Shown here one piece after another: positions 55,511 through 64,000 of a DNA stretch of 64,000 nucleotides. The notes beneath the pieces are model-generated. The model was not told the DNA's origin, made no database searches, and saw only the letters and a list, made by a program, of their open reading frames with translations. Numbering within the stretch: the first letter of the stretch is position 1; each line of letters starts with the position of its first letter. Source of the stretch: a virus; the IMG/VR virus record IMGVR_UViG_3300020182_001907, one strand, 5' to 3'. The translations under genes and the position numbers were made by a program.

Positions 55511-56787
55511 TATGACAACTCCTCAGCAGTAAACTCGTATGCAAACTTACCGCTAAATGTTGGTAGCTCAAGTTTAAAGCCAGCATTTCTAACAGCCTGA
55601 CATAACCATGTAGGAGCAACTTCTGTCTGATTACACCTTGAGTTGAAGTGTCCACGTACATCTTCAGGTTGTCTACGTAACCAGCCAGCATATGCAGCCA
55701 TTACTTTGGCATGCTTTTTATATTTCCAATTGTTACCGTAACCTTTCTGCCAGGTATTTTCTGTAACTATTCCTAGACATTTTGCAAACTGTTTGATGTA
55801 GTCACTATCCACATCAATACCTTGCACATCACATGCTCTAAAAATATGAGACATGTTGTCTATTTCCAGAGGTTGCACACTTTGGTCTGAATTAGTAATG
55901 CGATGATATTCAAACACATTAGCAAGAACGCTACTTTTCCATTTGTTTATATCACGGCTGTTAGCAGGAAAAATTTCTGTAGCACGTGATACAGCCCCAG
56001 GCTGCAGGTGATTTCCAAATTTTTCGTGAGTAAAGAACATACCATTCTGCTCTAATGCAGTCTGTATCTCTTCAAATCTAACACTCCAAGGATCTGTGTC
56101 CCCGTTATTGCGTACACTAAAAACATACTGCTGGTAAAGGTCAAATTTGTCAAGAGCTTTAGTCATAGTATTATCGTGGACACCAATAAAACGCTTTCGA
56201 AGTTTTGCTATATCCTGAGCAGGATGTACTGCTACTGGAACTACTAGGTCCAGTGCGTCTTGTTCAGTCATTCCAAAAGCATATACCGCAACACAAAACA
56301 GAGTAAGCGCAGTGTGCTGACCGTCCCAGATGGCATAAAACTGCTCTCCTGTGATCTTGTCTTCATAATGGACTAATACTTCGTCATCTGTTAAAGGATA
56401 TACACGGATTACATTAACGTATGCTGGATCAAACTTGCCTAAAATATCTACAATCCAGTTCGGATCTGGTATACGCTGGATACTGGCGTTAATAAAACAC
56501 TGCCTAAGTGTAACCTGCTGGTCTTTAGGAATGTACACCATAGATGGATACATGTCCTGAAATTTTTCATACTGTGGGAACCTGAACCGAAACTCTTCAC
56601 AAACTTCAACAATCTGTTCCATGACTGATTCATCGCTGTTTACGTAAGTATCGAACCGGTCTATTAAGGACGCAATTTCGTCCTGGTTGGTGTTATACTG
56701 AGCATTAGCTTGATCAGCAAATGCGTTAGTTTTTTGGCTTTGATGGGCCTTTAAGATTCCTGGAACCTTCCATGTATTCTGATGCAT
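55510..56787 (-). CDS. ParB/Srx-like (DGQH-motif) protein
   Basis: IQRIPD...IWDGQHT; remainder unrecognised. Confidence 0.55.
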   Translation of the reverse strand: MHQNTWKVPGILKAHQSQKTNAFADQANAQYNTNQDEIASLIDRFDTYVNSDESVMEQIVEVCEEFRFRFPQYEKFQDMYPSMVYIPKDQQVTLRQCFINASIQRIPDPNWIVDILGKFDPAYVNVIRVYPLTDDEVLVHYEDKITGEQFYAIWDGQHTALTLFCVAVYAFGMTEQDALDLVVPVAVHPAQDIAKLRKRFIGVHDNTMTKALDKFDLYQQYVFSVRNNGDTDPWSVRFEEIQTALEQNGMFFTHEKFGNHLQPGAVSRATEIFPANSRDINKWKSSVLANVFEYHRITNSDQSVQPLEIDNMSHIFRACDVQGIDVDSDYIKQFAKCLGIVTENTWQKGYGNNWKYKKHAKVMAAYAGWLRRQPEDVRGHFNSRCNQTEVAPTWLCQAVRNAGFKLELPTFSGKFAYEFTAEELS

Positions 56788-56875
56788 AATTTTACATCCT
56801 TTTTTATGCCCTTTACGAGCTGTTAGTTTTTTTAGTTTATGGCTTAAATGCCTATGTAATTTTCATTACTCGTAC

Positions 56876-56960
56876 ATAATAGCAAATTTTGCAGATAAGT
56901 CAAGCTCTAAGTTGTTGATTTTATTGGAGATTTTTACGCTGCTAAGTGCTTGATTTTATT
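56876..56960 (-). promoter_or_regulatory. Sigma70-like promoter with conserved upstream module
   Basis: TTGACT-N16-TATTAT preceded by AAAATCAACAACTTAGAGC and a second AAAATCAAGCACTTAG. Confidence 0.65.
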
Positions 56961-57155
56961 AGGGCGAATAGTGTAGGAATCCTTGAAGTTTTGTAAAAAT
57001 TGCAAATTATGTAAAATTTTTGTTGGTTTATATGCTAAATAATATTTGATGATAAAGAACCATCTAAAAAGTTCATGTAATAACCATTCATTTAACGTGT
57101 ATTGGACGAGAGTCTTCTACACGTTTTTTTATGACTGGATTAACAGGAGTAAACT

Positions 57156-57908
57156 ATGTCACGTAAGAAGCGTAAAGCAAATTGCAACAAATACCGAAGA
57201 AACCAACCACAAGGAGAACCATATTTGAGACTAGTACAGGGCGGCGCACCTTTAGAGCGTAACAGAAACAAACAAGTAAACATTGTACCCAGAAACTTCC
57301 ACCAGGATAATTTATTAGATTATCTGGAAGATCACAAAATCAACATAGTTTTTGCTGTGGGCCCAGCAGGCACAGGCAAAACACTCATTTCAACACTAGC
57401 AGGCATCAGAGAACTAAAAGCAGGTGACATCGACAAGTTCGTAGTAACCCGCCCTGCTGTAAGTGTGGATGAGCAACACGGTTTCTTGCCAGGAACTTTA
57501 CAAGAGAAAATGGCGCCGTGGACGAGACCCATATTTGATATCTTTGAGGAATACTATAGCCCAGATCAAATTGAGTACATGTTGAGTGATAATAAAGTAG
57601 AAATTGCTCCACTAGCATATATGCGTGGACGCACTTTTAAAAACTCATTCATCATAGCAGATGAGATGCAGAATGCTACAGAAAGCCAAATGAAAATGCT
57701 ACTAACCAGAATAGGAGATGGTAGTAAAATTGTGGTTACTGGCGACCTAGCGCAGCATGATCGTGGCTATGAATCAAACGGCTTAAAGTTGTTCATTGAG
57801 AGATTGGTGAGAACAGGAAGCGACCGCATCAAACTAGTAGAGTTTGACAGTAAGGACATTGAACGACACCCAGTGGTAGATGAAGTACTAAGACTTTACG
57901 CTGAGTAG
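57156..57908 (+). CDS. phoH: PhoH-family ATPase
   Basis: GPAGTGKT, VTRPAV, GFLPG, APLAYMRGRTF, DEMQN, TGDLAQHD; AGGAG RBS. Confidence 0.95.
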   Translation: MSRKKRKANCNKYRRNQPQGEPYLRLVQGGAPLERNRNKQVNIVPRNFHQDNLLDYLEDHKINIVFAVGPAGTGKTLISTLAGIRELKAGDIDKFVVTRPAVSVDEQHGFLPGTLQEKMAPWTRPIFDIFEEYYSPDQIEYMLSDNKVEIAPLAYMRGRTFKNSFIIADEMQNATESQMKMLLTRIGDGSKIVVTGDLAQHDRGYESNGLKLFIERLVRTGSDRIKLVEFDSKDIERHPVVDEVLRLYAE

Positions 57909-57913
57909 GAAGG

Positions 57914-57938
57914 AAGGGGTGGCGACACCCCTTTTTTT
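57914..57938 (+). terminator. Rho-independent terminator after phoH
   Basis: AAGGGGTG-GCGA-CACCCCTT followed by a T-tract. Confidence 0.85.
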
Positions 57939-57974
57939 GATAAATAATGTGATATAATACCCAGGAGTGACATC

Positions 57975-58682
57975 ATGGCAACACGGAAAGCGTTGAGCAT
58001 CCAACATAAAGATATTTTTAAAGCTATACACAGAAGTCAGCATTGTCAGCGTAATTGGAATCTAGATAAAAAAATACCTCAAGAAGACATTGATATGATT
58101 ATGGAATCCATAACACAATGTCCAAGTAAACAAAACCGAGCATTTTATAAAGTACATCTCGTACAAGACCGTGACATTATTGAAACTATACATAGTTACT
58201 CTGATGGGTGTGGACAACAACACATTGGACCAACATTTACAACAACTAATACTCAAGTGCTTGCACATTTATGTATTATTTTCGAACAATTACCAATTAA
58301 ACAATTTGTAAGAAGAGAATATGGTTTAAATTTAGCACTAGTCCAAAAAATTGATTTATCTACTATAGATTTTGAAAAACATATAGTAGATACAGATCTC
58401 GTCGCAGAAATTGAACGTGATGTACTTAAAGATCAAAATATGGCAATGGGCATTGCTGCAGGATATGCTAATTTAAGTGCTAGTTTACTAGGTTATAGTA
58501 CTGGATGTTGTGCTTGTTTTGATGGTTATGCAGTAAAGGACCTTTTAGGATTAGAAAGTGCACCTGAGCTGATAATGGGCATAGGTATACCTGGAGAAAA
58601 ACCTAGACGAGTACATCATTACGACGACTCAATTACTTTTAGGACAAATAAAAAACAACCAATTCCAGTAACACATTTTTAG
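57975..58682 (+). CDS. Nitroreductase-family protein
   Basis: HCQRNW, QCPSKQN, MGIAAGYANLSASLLGYSTGC, IMGIG. Confidence 0.8.
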   Translation: MATRKALSIQHKDIFKAIHRSQHCQRNWNLDKKIPQEDIDMIMESITQCPSKQNRAFYKVHLVQDRDIIETIHSYSDGCGQQHIGPTFTTTNTQVLAHLCIIFEQLPIKQFVRREYGLNLALVQKIDLSTIDFEKHIVDTDLVAEIERDVLKDQNMAMGIAAGYANLSASLLGYSTGCCACFDGYAVKDLLGLESAPELIMGIGIPGEKPRRVHHYDDSITFRTNKKQPIPVTHF

Positions 58683-58693
58683 GATAAATTATT

Positions 58694-58978
58694 ATGGCTA
58701 GAACACGACCTAGAAGAGGCCCACCTTCAAACACTGCAACTGTTATTAGTTTTAGTGATTTGCCATCCGCCGCCCAACAAAAAGGCAGAGGTCAAGGCGC
58801 CCAAAATTTTGGGAAGTCTATGCGTGATTTATCTAGAGATGATTTAAGTGCTAGTCAACGCAATGATGCAGCCTCTACTGATATTGTTATAATACAGGAT
58901 GGAGACGCAGACATTATATTAAGTCCAACTGGAGATGCTATCCAGGCAATACAACTGGCAGTAGCAGCCCGAACATAA
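58694..58978 (+). CDS. Hypothetical protein
   Basis: 94 aa ORF co-oriented with phoH. Confidence 0.5.
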   Translation: MARTRPRRGPPSNTATVISFSDLPSAAQQKGRGQGAQNFGKSMRDLSRDDLSASQRNDAASTDIVIIQDGDADIILSPTGDAIQAIQLAVAART

Positions 58979-58988
58979 AATTTTACTG

Positions 58989-59138
58989 CTACCTTCTACC
59001 CCATGCAGGCTTAGGCCGATCTTCAATTGGCGTGGTAGCAGCATAATCGCATTGAGTAATCTTTCCGCCTTTTTCCAAAAATTCTGCTATTAATCTTTCC
59101 GATTCTTCTTCTGGCGTTTCTGTTGGTTCGTTATCCAT
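58989..59138 (-). CDS. Small hypothetical phage protein (49 aa)
   Basis: MDNEPTETPEEESERLIAEFLEKGGKITQCDY...; AAGGA RBS; below ORF cutoff. Confidence 0.55.
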   Translation of the reverse strand: MDNEPTETPEEESERLIAEFLEKGGKITQCDYAATTPIEDRPKPAWGRR

Positions 59139-59155
59139 TTGTTTTCCTTTATGGT

Positions 59156-60079
59156 TTATTGGGCATTCATTTGTAATTCTACGAGTGTAGCACTTAAATT
59201 AATCTCAGGATCAGCACAAGCAACACTTTTAACCATGCCATCTCTGATAATTAACAATGCCTGATCCTGTGTTGCTTGACTATTGCCCCAAAGTTCTAGA
59301 TTACGATACAGGAATCTAAACACATCATCATATTCTTCTGGGCGAGCCTGTGTAACAATCATTTCCCTCGCAGGTTTGTAGTCACCTTTCTTGAACAGTT
59401 CAATAGCACTCAGCATCCAGTCTGATGTACTGCTTTCTCCTGCTTGTGGTTTCTTTAACTGTCCATCCACTACATTCTGTTGCACTAGATTAATACACTT
59501 ACGCAAATCAGGATAGGTTGCCTGCACATAAGTATCCAGTGTTTCTAAATCCAGGTCCACACCTTCACTAATACCAATCGTTGCAATACGTGCAGTAAAT
59601 TCTGTGGTATCCAGTTTCTCAATGTGGAAGCCCTGACATCTACTGTGCAATGCAGGAATAACACGTTGAGGATAATTGCAAGTAAGCAAAAACCTACAAC
59701 TGGTGTGATACATTTCCATTACGCCACGCAATGCTGCTTGACCGTTTGGAGTAATATAATCTGCCTCATCCAGCAACACATACTTCATATCACCAAATGG
59801 CATTGTGCTAGCAAAGTTAGTGATCTTGTTTCTAATTGTATCTACATTGTTTTCGTTACTGGCGTTGATCTCTAATACGTCTAAATCGTTTACATCTAGC
59901 TCTGCAAGTAATACTTTTGCTAATGTGGTCTTGCCTGTGCCTGGTGCTCCTGAAAATAACAAATGCGGCATTGCACCACTTGCTATCCAACCTTGTACTT
60001 GCGCTTTTTGTTTTGCATCACGAAAAACATAATCTTTTGTGTTGTTTGGTCTGTATTTTTCAGTCCATAATTCTTTCAT
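59156..60079 (-). CDS. Clamp loader ATPase (T4 gp44/RFC small subunit-like)
   Basis: WTEKYRP, GAPGTGKTT, EINAS, LLDEAD, LHSRC, DLRKCIN; probable start MKELW. Confidence 0.92.
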   Translation of the reverse strand: MKELWTEKYRPNNTKDYVFRDAKQKAQVQGWIASGAMPHLLFSGAPGTGKTTLAKVLLAELDVNDLDVLEINASNENNVDTIRNKITNFASTMPFGDMKYVLLDEADYITPNGQAALRGVMEMYHTSCRFLLTCNYPQRVIPALHSRCQGFHIEKLDTTEFTARIATIGISEGVDLDLETLDTYVQATYPDLRKCINLVQQNVVDGQLKKPQAGESSTSDWMLSAIELFKKGDYKPAREMIVTQARPEEYDDVFRFLYRNLELWGNSQATQDQALLIIRDGMVKSVACADPEINLSATLVELQMNAQ

Positions 60080-60098
60080 ATTGTGTCCCGTTTGTGTG

Positions 60099-60383
60099 TT
60101 ATAGTCCGCCAATGGTAAAGGAGTTAAGCTTGTTTACTGGAATTGTGTCAGTATGTTCTAAAATAAAATGTGCTGCTACAGCATCATCTTTAAATTCTGC
60201 ATCCACGCCAACTACCAGATAATGATCTCCTGGTTCAAAATATCTTGTAAATTGTACAGCATTATCCGGATATTGTCTACTCCATTCCATAAAAGGTTCA
60301 ACAGTGTCCCTGATCATCATGTCGAGGACCCAATCTTCCATGCTGTCATTTGCAGTGCATTGTATTACCTTTATTGTCTTCAC
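60099..60383 (-). CDS. Hypothetical protein
   Basis: 94 aa; GTGA overlap with the upstream gene. Confidence 0.55.
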   Translation of the reverse strand: MKTIKVIQCTANDSMEDWVLDMMIRDTVEPFMEWSRQYPDNAVQFTRYFEPGDHYLVVGVDAEFKDDAVAAHFILEHTDTIPVNKLNSFTIGGL

Positions 60384-60541
60384 CAGTTGTGCACTACGTT
60401 GGCCATGATAAAGAAACAGGTCATGAAGTTTATTCCCACAATTACGGTTCTTACTATGGTAATATATTTGTCGTAAGGCTCTGTCTTATCATCAGAGTAA
60501 CCTCCCAGACTGTATTGCCAAATTTTCCAAATTTTGTTCAT
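60380..60541 (-). CDS. Small membrane protein (53 aa)
   Basis: True start MNKIWK at 60541 via ATGA overlap. Confidence 0.6.
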   Translation of the reverse strand: MNKIWKIWQYSLGGYSDDKTEPYDKYITIVRTVIVGINFMTCFFIMANVVHNW

Positions 60542-60642
60542 GTAAAGAACCAGTGCACAAAAACAAGCATAGCTATGCCTGTAAGATATCCAGTAAGGAA
60601 CCCTTTCCAGAATTTTATACTCAATTCTTCCTGGTATTTCAT
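60538..60642 (-). CDS. Micro membrane protein (34 aa)
   Basis: MKYQEELSIKFWKGFLTGYLTGIAMLVFVHWFFT; ATGA overlaps at both ends. Confidence 0.55.
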   Translation of the reverse strand: MKYQEELSIKFWKGFLTGYLTGIAMLVFVHWFFT

Positions 60643-60746
60643 ATAAAAAATAATCCAATTATTGATAACACTAGAATAACGTTTAGATAGGATACTACAC
60701 CAATCCAAAATAACTTTTTATTCTTCTTAACAAAACTATAGCTCAT
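60639..60746 (-). CDS. Micro membrane protein (35 aa)
   Basis: MSYSFVKKNKKLFWIGVVSYLNVILVLSIIGLFFI; ATG 6 nt after TATAAT. Confidence 0.55.
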   Translation of the reverse strand: MSYSFVKKNKKLFWIGVVSYLNVILVLSIIGLFFI

Positions 60747-60752
60747 AGGGTA

Positions 60753-60781
60753 ATTATACACTAAGTTCAGTTAAATGTCAA
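60753..60781 (-). promoter_or_regulatory. Sigma70-like promoter
   Basis: TTGACA-N17-TATAAT. Confidence 0.7.
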
Positions 60782-61120
60782 TCAGAAAGAGTACCTCACT
60801 TCAGTTTCAACCTTGGTCTTAGCATCGCCAGTGTCCTTGGTCTCCAGTTTACCTTTAACTGTTACAGCATCAAACTTAAACTTGTATCCTGCTTCGTAAC
60901 TGTGACCCTTAGTCATTGGTCCGATTTCAAAATACATGTTGTTCTTTGCTTTATATCCAAAACGCAAATGGTTAGTTGTCTTAGTGTGATCCCACTCTTT
61001 CAACTCGTACTCGTTCTTGTATTCTATATAGGGTGCAGCATTGGCATTAGAACCAAGAATTGCTACAACCATTAACACTAGTAATCCTACATACACACTT
61101 TGAAAAAACTTCTTTGCCAT
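60782..61120 (-). CDS. Exported small beta-stranded (outer-membrane-like) protein
   Basis: Signal peptide ending ANA, amphipathic strands, terminal YSF; AAGGAG RBS. Confidence 0.65.
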   Translation of the reverse strand: MAKKFFQSVYVGLLVLMVVAILGSNANAAPYIEYKNEYELKEWDHTKTTNHLRFGYKAKNNMYFEIGPMTKGHSYEAGYKFKFDAVTVKGKLETKDTGDAKTKVETEVRYSF

Positions 61121-61170
61121 TGTTAACTCCTTAGGTTATGTTTATTAAGTGTATTATTTAAACATACCGC

Positions 61171-61214
61171 AGTTAAGATTGTGTAAAGATGATGTTAATT
61201 TTATGTTAAATTTT
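61171..61214 (-). promoter_or_regulatory. Four 11-bp-periodic direct repeats (PhoB/OmpR-type box candidate)
   Basis: GT(T/A)AA cores at 61172, 61183, 61194 and 61205. Confidence 0.55.
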
Positions 61215-61218
61215 AGAC

Positions 61219-61244
61219 AAAAAAATACCCCCTTGCGGAGGTAT
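61219..61244 (-). terminator. Rho-independent terminator after the porin gene
   Basis: ATACCTCC-GCAA-GGGGGTAT then TTTTTT on the minus strand. Confidence 0.8.
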
Positions 61245-61267
61245 CTTTCCAAATTGTATACGAAATA

Positions 61268-61927
61268 TTAAAACAATTTTTTAGTGATTGTAACAAATGC
61301 TTGCTTTTCATCTGATAAGTCTGAAGCATCATCAGCTTTAAATGAGCTGTAACCAAATGTAGCGTCTGATTCAAAAGCAGTGCCTTCGAAAATACTTACG
61401 CCTTTAGAAACTTTCCAGTTGGTTCCTGCACCATCTAAATCGCCAAAGCTAGCATCAAAGTGGCCCAGAACATCTACACTTACTTCCATGTAGTCTGCTG
61501 CATCGTCCATTCCTTTGAAGTAAGAAGCACTTACTGCTTTGTATCCCAATGAGACCATAACTTCTTCTACATCAAGAGCTGACTCGTTAAAGTCTACTAA
61601 CTCATCGAAGCTGCTATAATTGTAATCAATGTATGCAACATCCAAAGTTAAGCCTTCACCACCCATCTTGTAACCAGCATAGATGTCATACTCTGCTTCA
61701 ATGTCTGTACCGTAATCAACTTGACTACCCCATACACCAGCATAAAAATTGCCAGCAGAGACATTTACGTCTGCACTAACAGCAGGACTATTAGCATTTT
61801 GTGCCATACCACGGAAAATGTATTCCGAAGATACACCAACAGAACCACCAACTTCTAAAGCTGATACACTGCCAGCGAACAATAATGCACCCACTGCAAC
61901 AAGTGACTTAATATTTAATATATTCAT
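61268..61927 (-). CDS. TorF/TIGR02001-family putative porin
   Basis: Signal peptide, VSSEYIFRGMAQ...PAVS, FYAGVWGSQVD, EYDIYAGY, terminal F; start MNILN. Confidence 0.85.
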   Translation of the reverse strand: MNILNIKSLVAVGALLFAGSVSALEVGGSVGVSSEYIFRGMAQNANSPAVSADVNVSAGNFYAGVWGSQVDYGTDIEAEYDIYAGYKMGGEGLTLDVAYIDYNYSSFDELVDFNESALDVEEVMVSLGYKAVSASYFKGMDDAADYMEVSVDVLGHFDASFGDLDGAGTNWKVSKGVSIFEGTAFESDATFGYSSFKADDASDLSDEKQAFVTITKKLF

Positions 61928-61994
61928 AATTTTTCCTTTTCTTTGGAGCAAATAAATTTGCCTCACTTTTATTTAGCTTTTTCTTGCAGTTTTC

Positions 61995-62369
61995 TTACAT
62001 TTTTTGGAATTGCATATGAATAGCATAGTTGGAAAGGCTTAACCCTGGTAGTATGGTTGCGCCGCAAGAATGGGCGTATTCTGTGACTTCAGTACAGTCC
62101 GATACAACTAAATCTGAACTAGCATACCAACTAGCACATTCTAAATCTGTTTGAGAACCTGTAAAAATAACTTCTGGATATTGGTTATCCAGATCAACAA
62201 TGTTGTTTCCAGTGCCTATTACTATGCGAGTGCAGCGTTTCCAGGGAGGAGTAAAGTCGCAGAACTCACGTAAACTGGGTGTATCGGCAAGTCCTCTTAG
62301 TGAATGATATATCAACAGTGGGCGGCCACAGTACAAGTCTTTCTTCTGACTCGGGTTATACACGCCCAT
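61995..62369 (-). CDS. Truncated or degenerate GT-B glycosyltransferase C-domain-like protein
   Basis: IVIGTG...YPEVIFTG...WYASSDLVV...EYAHSCG. Confidence 0.5.
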   Translation of the reverse strand: MGVYNPSQKKDLYCGRPLLIYHSLRGLADTPSLREFCDFTPPWKRCTRIVIGTGNNIVDLDNQYPEVIFTGSQTDLECASWYASSDLVVSDCTEVTEYAHSCGATILPGLSLSNYAIHMQFQKM

Positions 62370-62398
62370 AGTTTTAACCTACGTAAATTTTACTTTAT

Positions 62399-63211
62399 TT
62401 ATTCTTTTCTGAACAAAATGTCGTTAAGGTAAACACTAGTACGTAGAACTTCTAAATGGTGGTCTTGACTTTCTGCATAGTGTAAAAAGGCACTGGTATC
62501 TTTAGGTAAACAGTGCCCGCCAAATCCAAACTCACCGTCTGGACCAGGTACCTGGAAGTGGGTTTGACCCAGTCTGGAGTCTGTTTTTAATATCTCTGTG
62601 AACTGATCCCAAGTACTATCTGCTCCGCTGACACTGTGTAATTTGTGCAGCTCATTCATAAATGTAACTTTGGTTGCTAACCAACTGTTGATAGTGTATT
62701 TGATTAGACTGGCTGTTACAATGTCTGTTTTATATGTGGGCACAGTTTTAACTTTACTGTATTGCACATATGCTTTTTCAACCTCAACACAGTCACTCCA
62801 ATCACCACCTAACACCTGCATATGGGGATTGATAAAATCAGCGTGTGCATTTGCTTCTGTGAGAAACTCTGGATTATACACAATACGTAAATTGTAATTT
62901 TTAAAATTGTTCAGGTGATCTGGAGTTATTGTACTTTTAATAACACAAACACCTTTGTAGCCCAGCAGTTCTATATGGTCCAGGGTGAGTGATACTGTGT
63001 CCACATTAACACTGCCATCTGGGTTACTGGGAGTGGGTAAACATAAAAATATAATGTCTGGTTTTGCATTTACACATGTAGGAATATCAGTAACAGTATA
63101 TTTGGGGTCTACTATGTGTATGGCCACATTGTCAGTACTGAATCCATTTATAACTGCATCGCCCACAAAGCCAGCGCCGATTACACCCAGTCTAAGGCGC
63201 TTCATTATCAT
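62399..63211 (-). CDS. UDP-glucose/GDP-mannose dehydrogenase family protein
   Basis: GVIGAGFVG, LCLPTP, IKSTITP, YNPEFL, KYTINSWLATKVTFMNE, GFGGHCLPKD. Confidence 0.9.
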   Translation of the reverse strand: MIMKRLRLGVIGAGFVGDAVINGFSTDNVAIHIVDPKYTVTDIPTCVNAKPDIIFLCLPTPSNPDGSVNVDTVSLTLDHIELLGYKGVCVIKSTITPDHLNNFKNYNLRIVYNPEFLTEANAHADFINPHMQVLGGDWSDCVEVEKAYVQYSKVKTVPTYKTDIVTASLIKYTINSWLATKVTFMNELHKLHSVSGADSTWDQFTEILKTDSRLGQTHFQVPGPDGEFGFGGHCLPKDTSAFLHYAESQDHHLEVLRTSVYLNDILFRKE

Positions 63212-63440
63212 ATCCTAATTTTTTTAATGCTAATTCGGTTTGATATTCTGCTATCCATTCGTCTTCACCAGCATAGGTACTGCATTTAGCCAAATATTCT
63301 TCTGCTAGCCATTTTACTTTGTACATGTTTTGCTTACGAGCGAATGTTGACCAACCATCCATATAGGGATCAGTTGCATAAAAATACTCGTGTTGTAGAT
63401 AGTTTTTTACATGCCGAAGAGACGGCTTATCGTCTTCCAT
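63192..63440 (-). CDS. Hypothetical protein
   Basis: 82 aa ORF. Confidence 0.55.
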   Translation of the reverse strand: MEDDKPSLRHVKNYLQHEYFYATDPYMDGWSTFARKQNMYKVKWLAEEYLAKCSTYAGEDEWIAEYQTELALKKLGYDNEAP

Positions 63441-63636
63441 TCTCAGTGCCTATTGCTGATAATATAAAAAAAGTGCTCAACATTAGCCACCAAGGACTAA
63501 GTTGGCCCCAAATAACACCAGCTAATATAATACACCCAACCGTACCTGTAGTACCCATACCTGGAGACTTTCCTGGTATCATGTAATCTGGAAGTTTCAT
63601 AACGTTTTCACCCTTTAGCTTTTCTTTTCTAAGCAC
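63427..63636 (-). CDS. Small membrane protein
   Basis: Two hydrophobic segments; start uncertain. Confidence 0.5.
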   Translation of the reverse strand: MLRKEKLKGENVMKLPDYMIPGKSPGMGTTGTVGCIILAGVIWGQLSPWWLMLSTFFILSAIGTENGRR

Positions 63637-63637
63637 T

Positions 63638-63880
63638 TCATTGTCCGCTTCTTCCTATAGTTTTCTTTTCATAGATTGCTGTAATATTCGCACCCATTTG
63701 AGGACATACTAATATAGTATCAGGTAATCCGTTCTCATCGTGGTCACCACCTTCACCACATATAAAGAATGAACCACTCTTGGCTGGGTGGAAAGCTTTC
63801 CACCCATCAGGTTGTGTGTGGAACCAAATCTTAGTCAGTTTTTTGAAGAGATTGTATTCTTCATCAGTGATTTCTTTCAT
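63638..63880 (-). CDS. Hypothetical protein
   Basis: 80 aa ORF. Confidence 0.55.
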   Translation of the reverse strand: MKEITDEEYNLFKKLTKIWFHTQPDGWKAFHPAKSGSFFICGEGGDHDENGLPDTILVCPQMGANITAIYEKKTIGRSGQ

Positions 63881-63914
63881 CGTGCACCCTTCTCCAGTTT
63901 AACATCATTCATAA

Positions 63915-64000
63915 TCACTCACCCTCGCTCCAACCCATTTCAATTAATAGTTCATCAGGGATAGGTAGAATCAGTTCTCCAGTTTTTGGGTCCTCTTCAA
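63915..64000 (-). CDS. AbrB/MazE-like small DNA-binding protein (partial)
   Basis: ...EEDPKTGELILPIPDELLIEMGWSEGE*; starts outside the window. Confidence 0.5.
   Translation of the reverse strand, partial: EEDPKTGELILPIPDELLIEMGWSEGE

Noticed and set aside
56790-56870. preQ1-I riboswitch, suggested by AAAAAAACUAA in the leader
   Set aside because: No adequate P1 stem or conserved loop upstream, and the downstream gene is unrelated.

Overview
AT-rich, gene-dense 64 kb segment of a large lytic dsDNA tailed phage (T4-like replication machinery, jumbo-phage style), almost all on the minus strand. The host is probably an aquatic Gram-negative proteobacterium (spanins, TonB-dependent receptor, TorF-type porin, cytochrome c lipoprotein); this is inferred. 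The window holds family-B DNA polymerase, probable clamp and clamp loader, RNase H-like 5'-3' exonuclease, seven tRNAs, a virion/tail-fibre module, ClpA and DnaJ, PhoH, ribosomal protein bL33 and many tailoring enzymes. The standout is a 7-deazaguanine DNA-modification locus next to the polymerase: FolE, QueE, a DpdL-type T-fold protein and a TGT/DpdA-fold protein, with no QueC or canonical QueD in the window. It is interleaved with a glycosyltransferase, UDP-sugar epimerase, purine phosphoribosyltransferase and MazG-like pyrophosphatase, suggesting an uncharacterised (possibly glycosylated and/or nucleotide-level) guanine hypermodification. Other observations: a structured leader before the polymerase, two AUA-decoding tRNAs, a repeated promoter-upstream module, 11-bp-periodic boxes before outer-membrane genes, and apparently leaderless late transcripts. 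All protein calls come from motif recognition only; no database searches were run.
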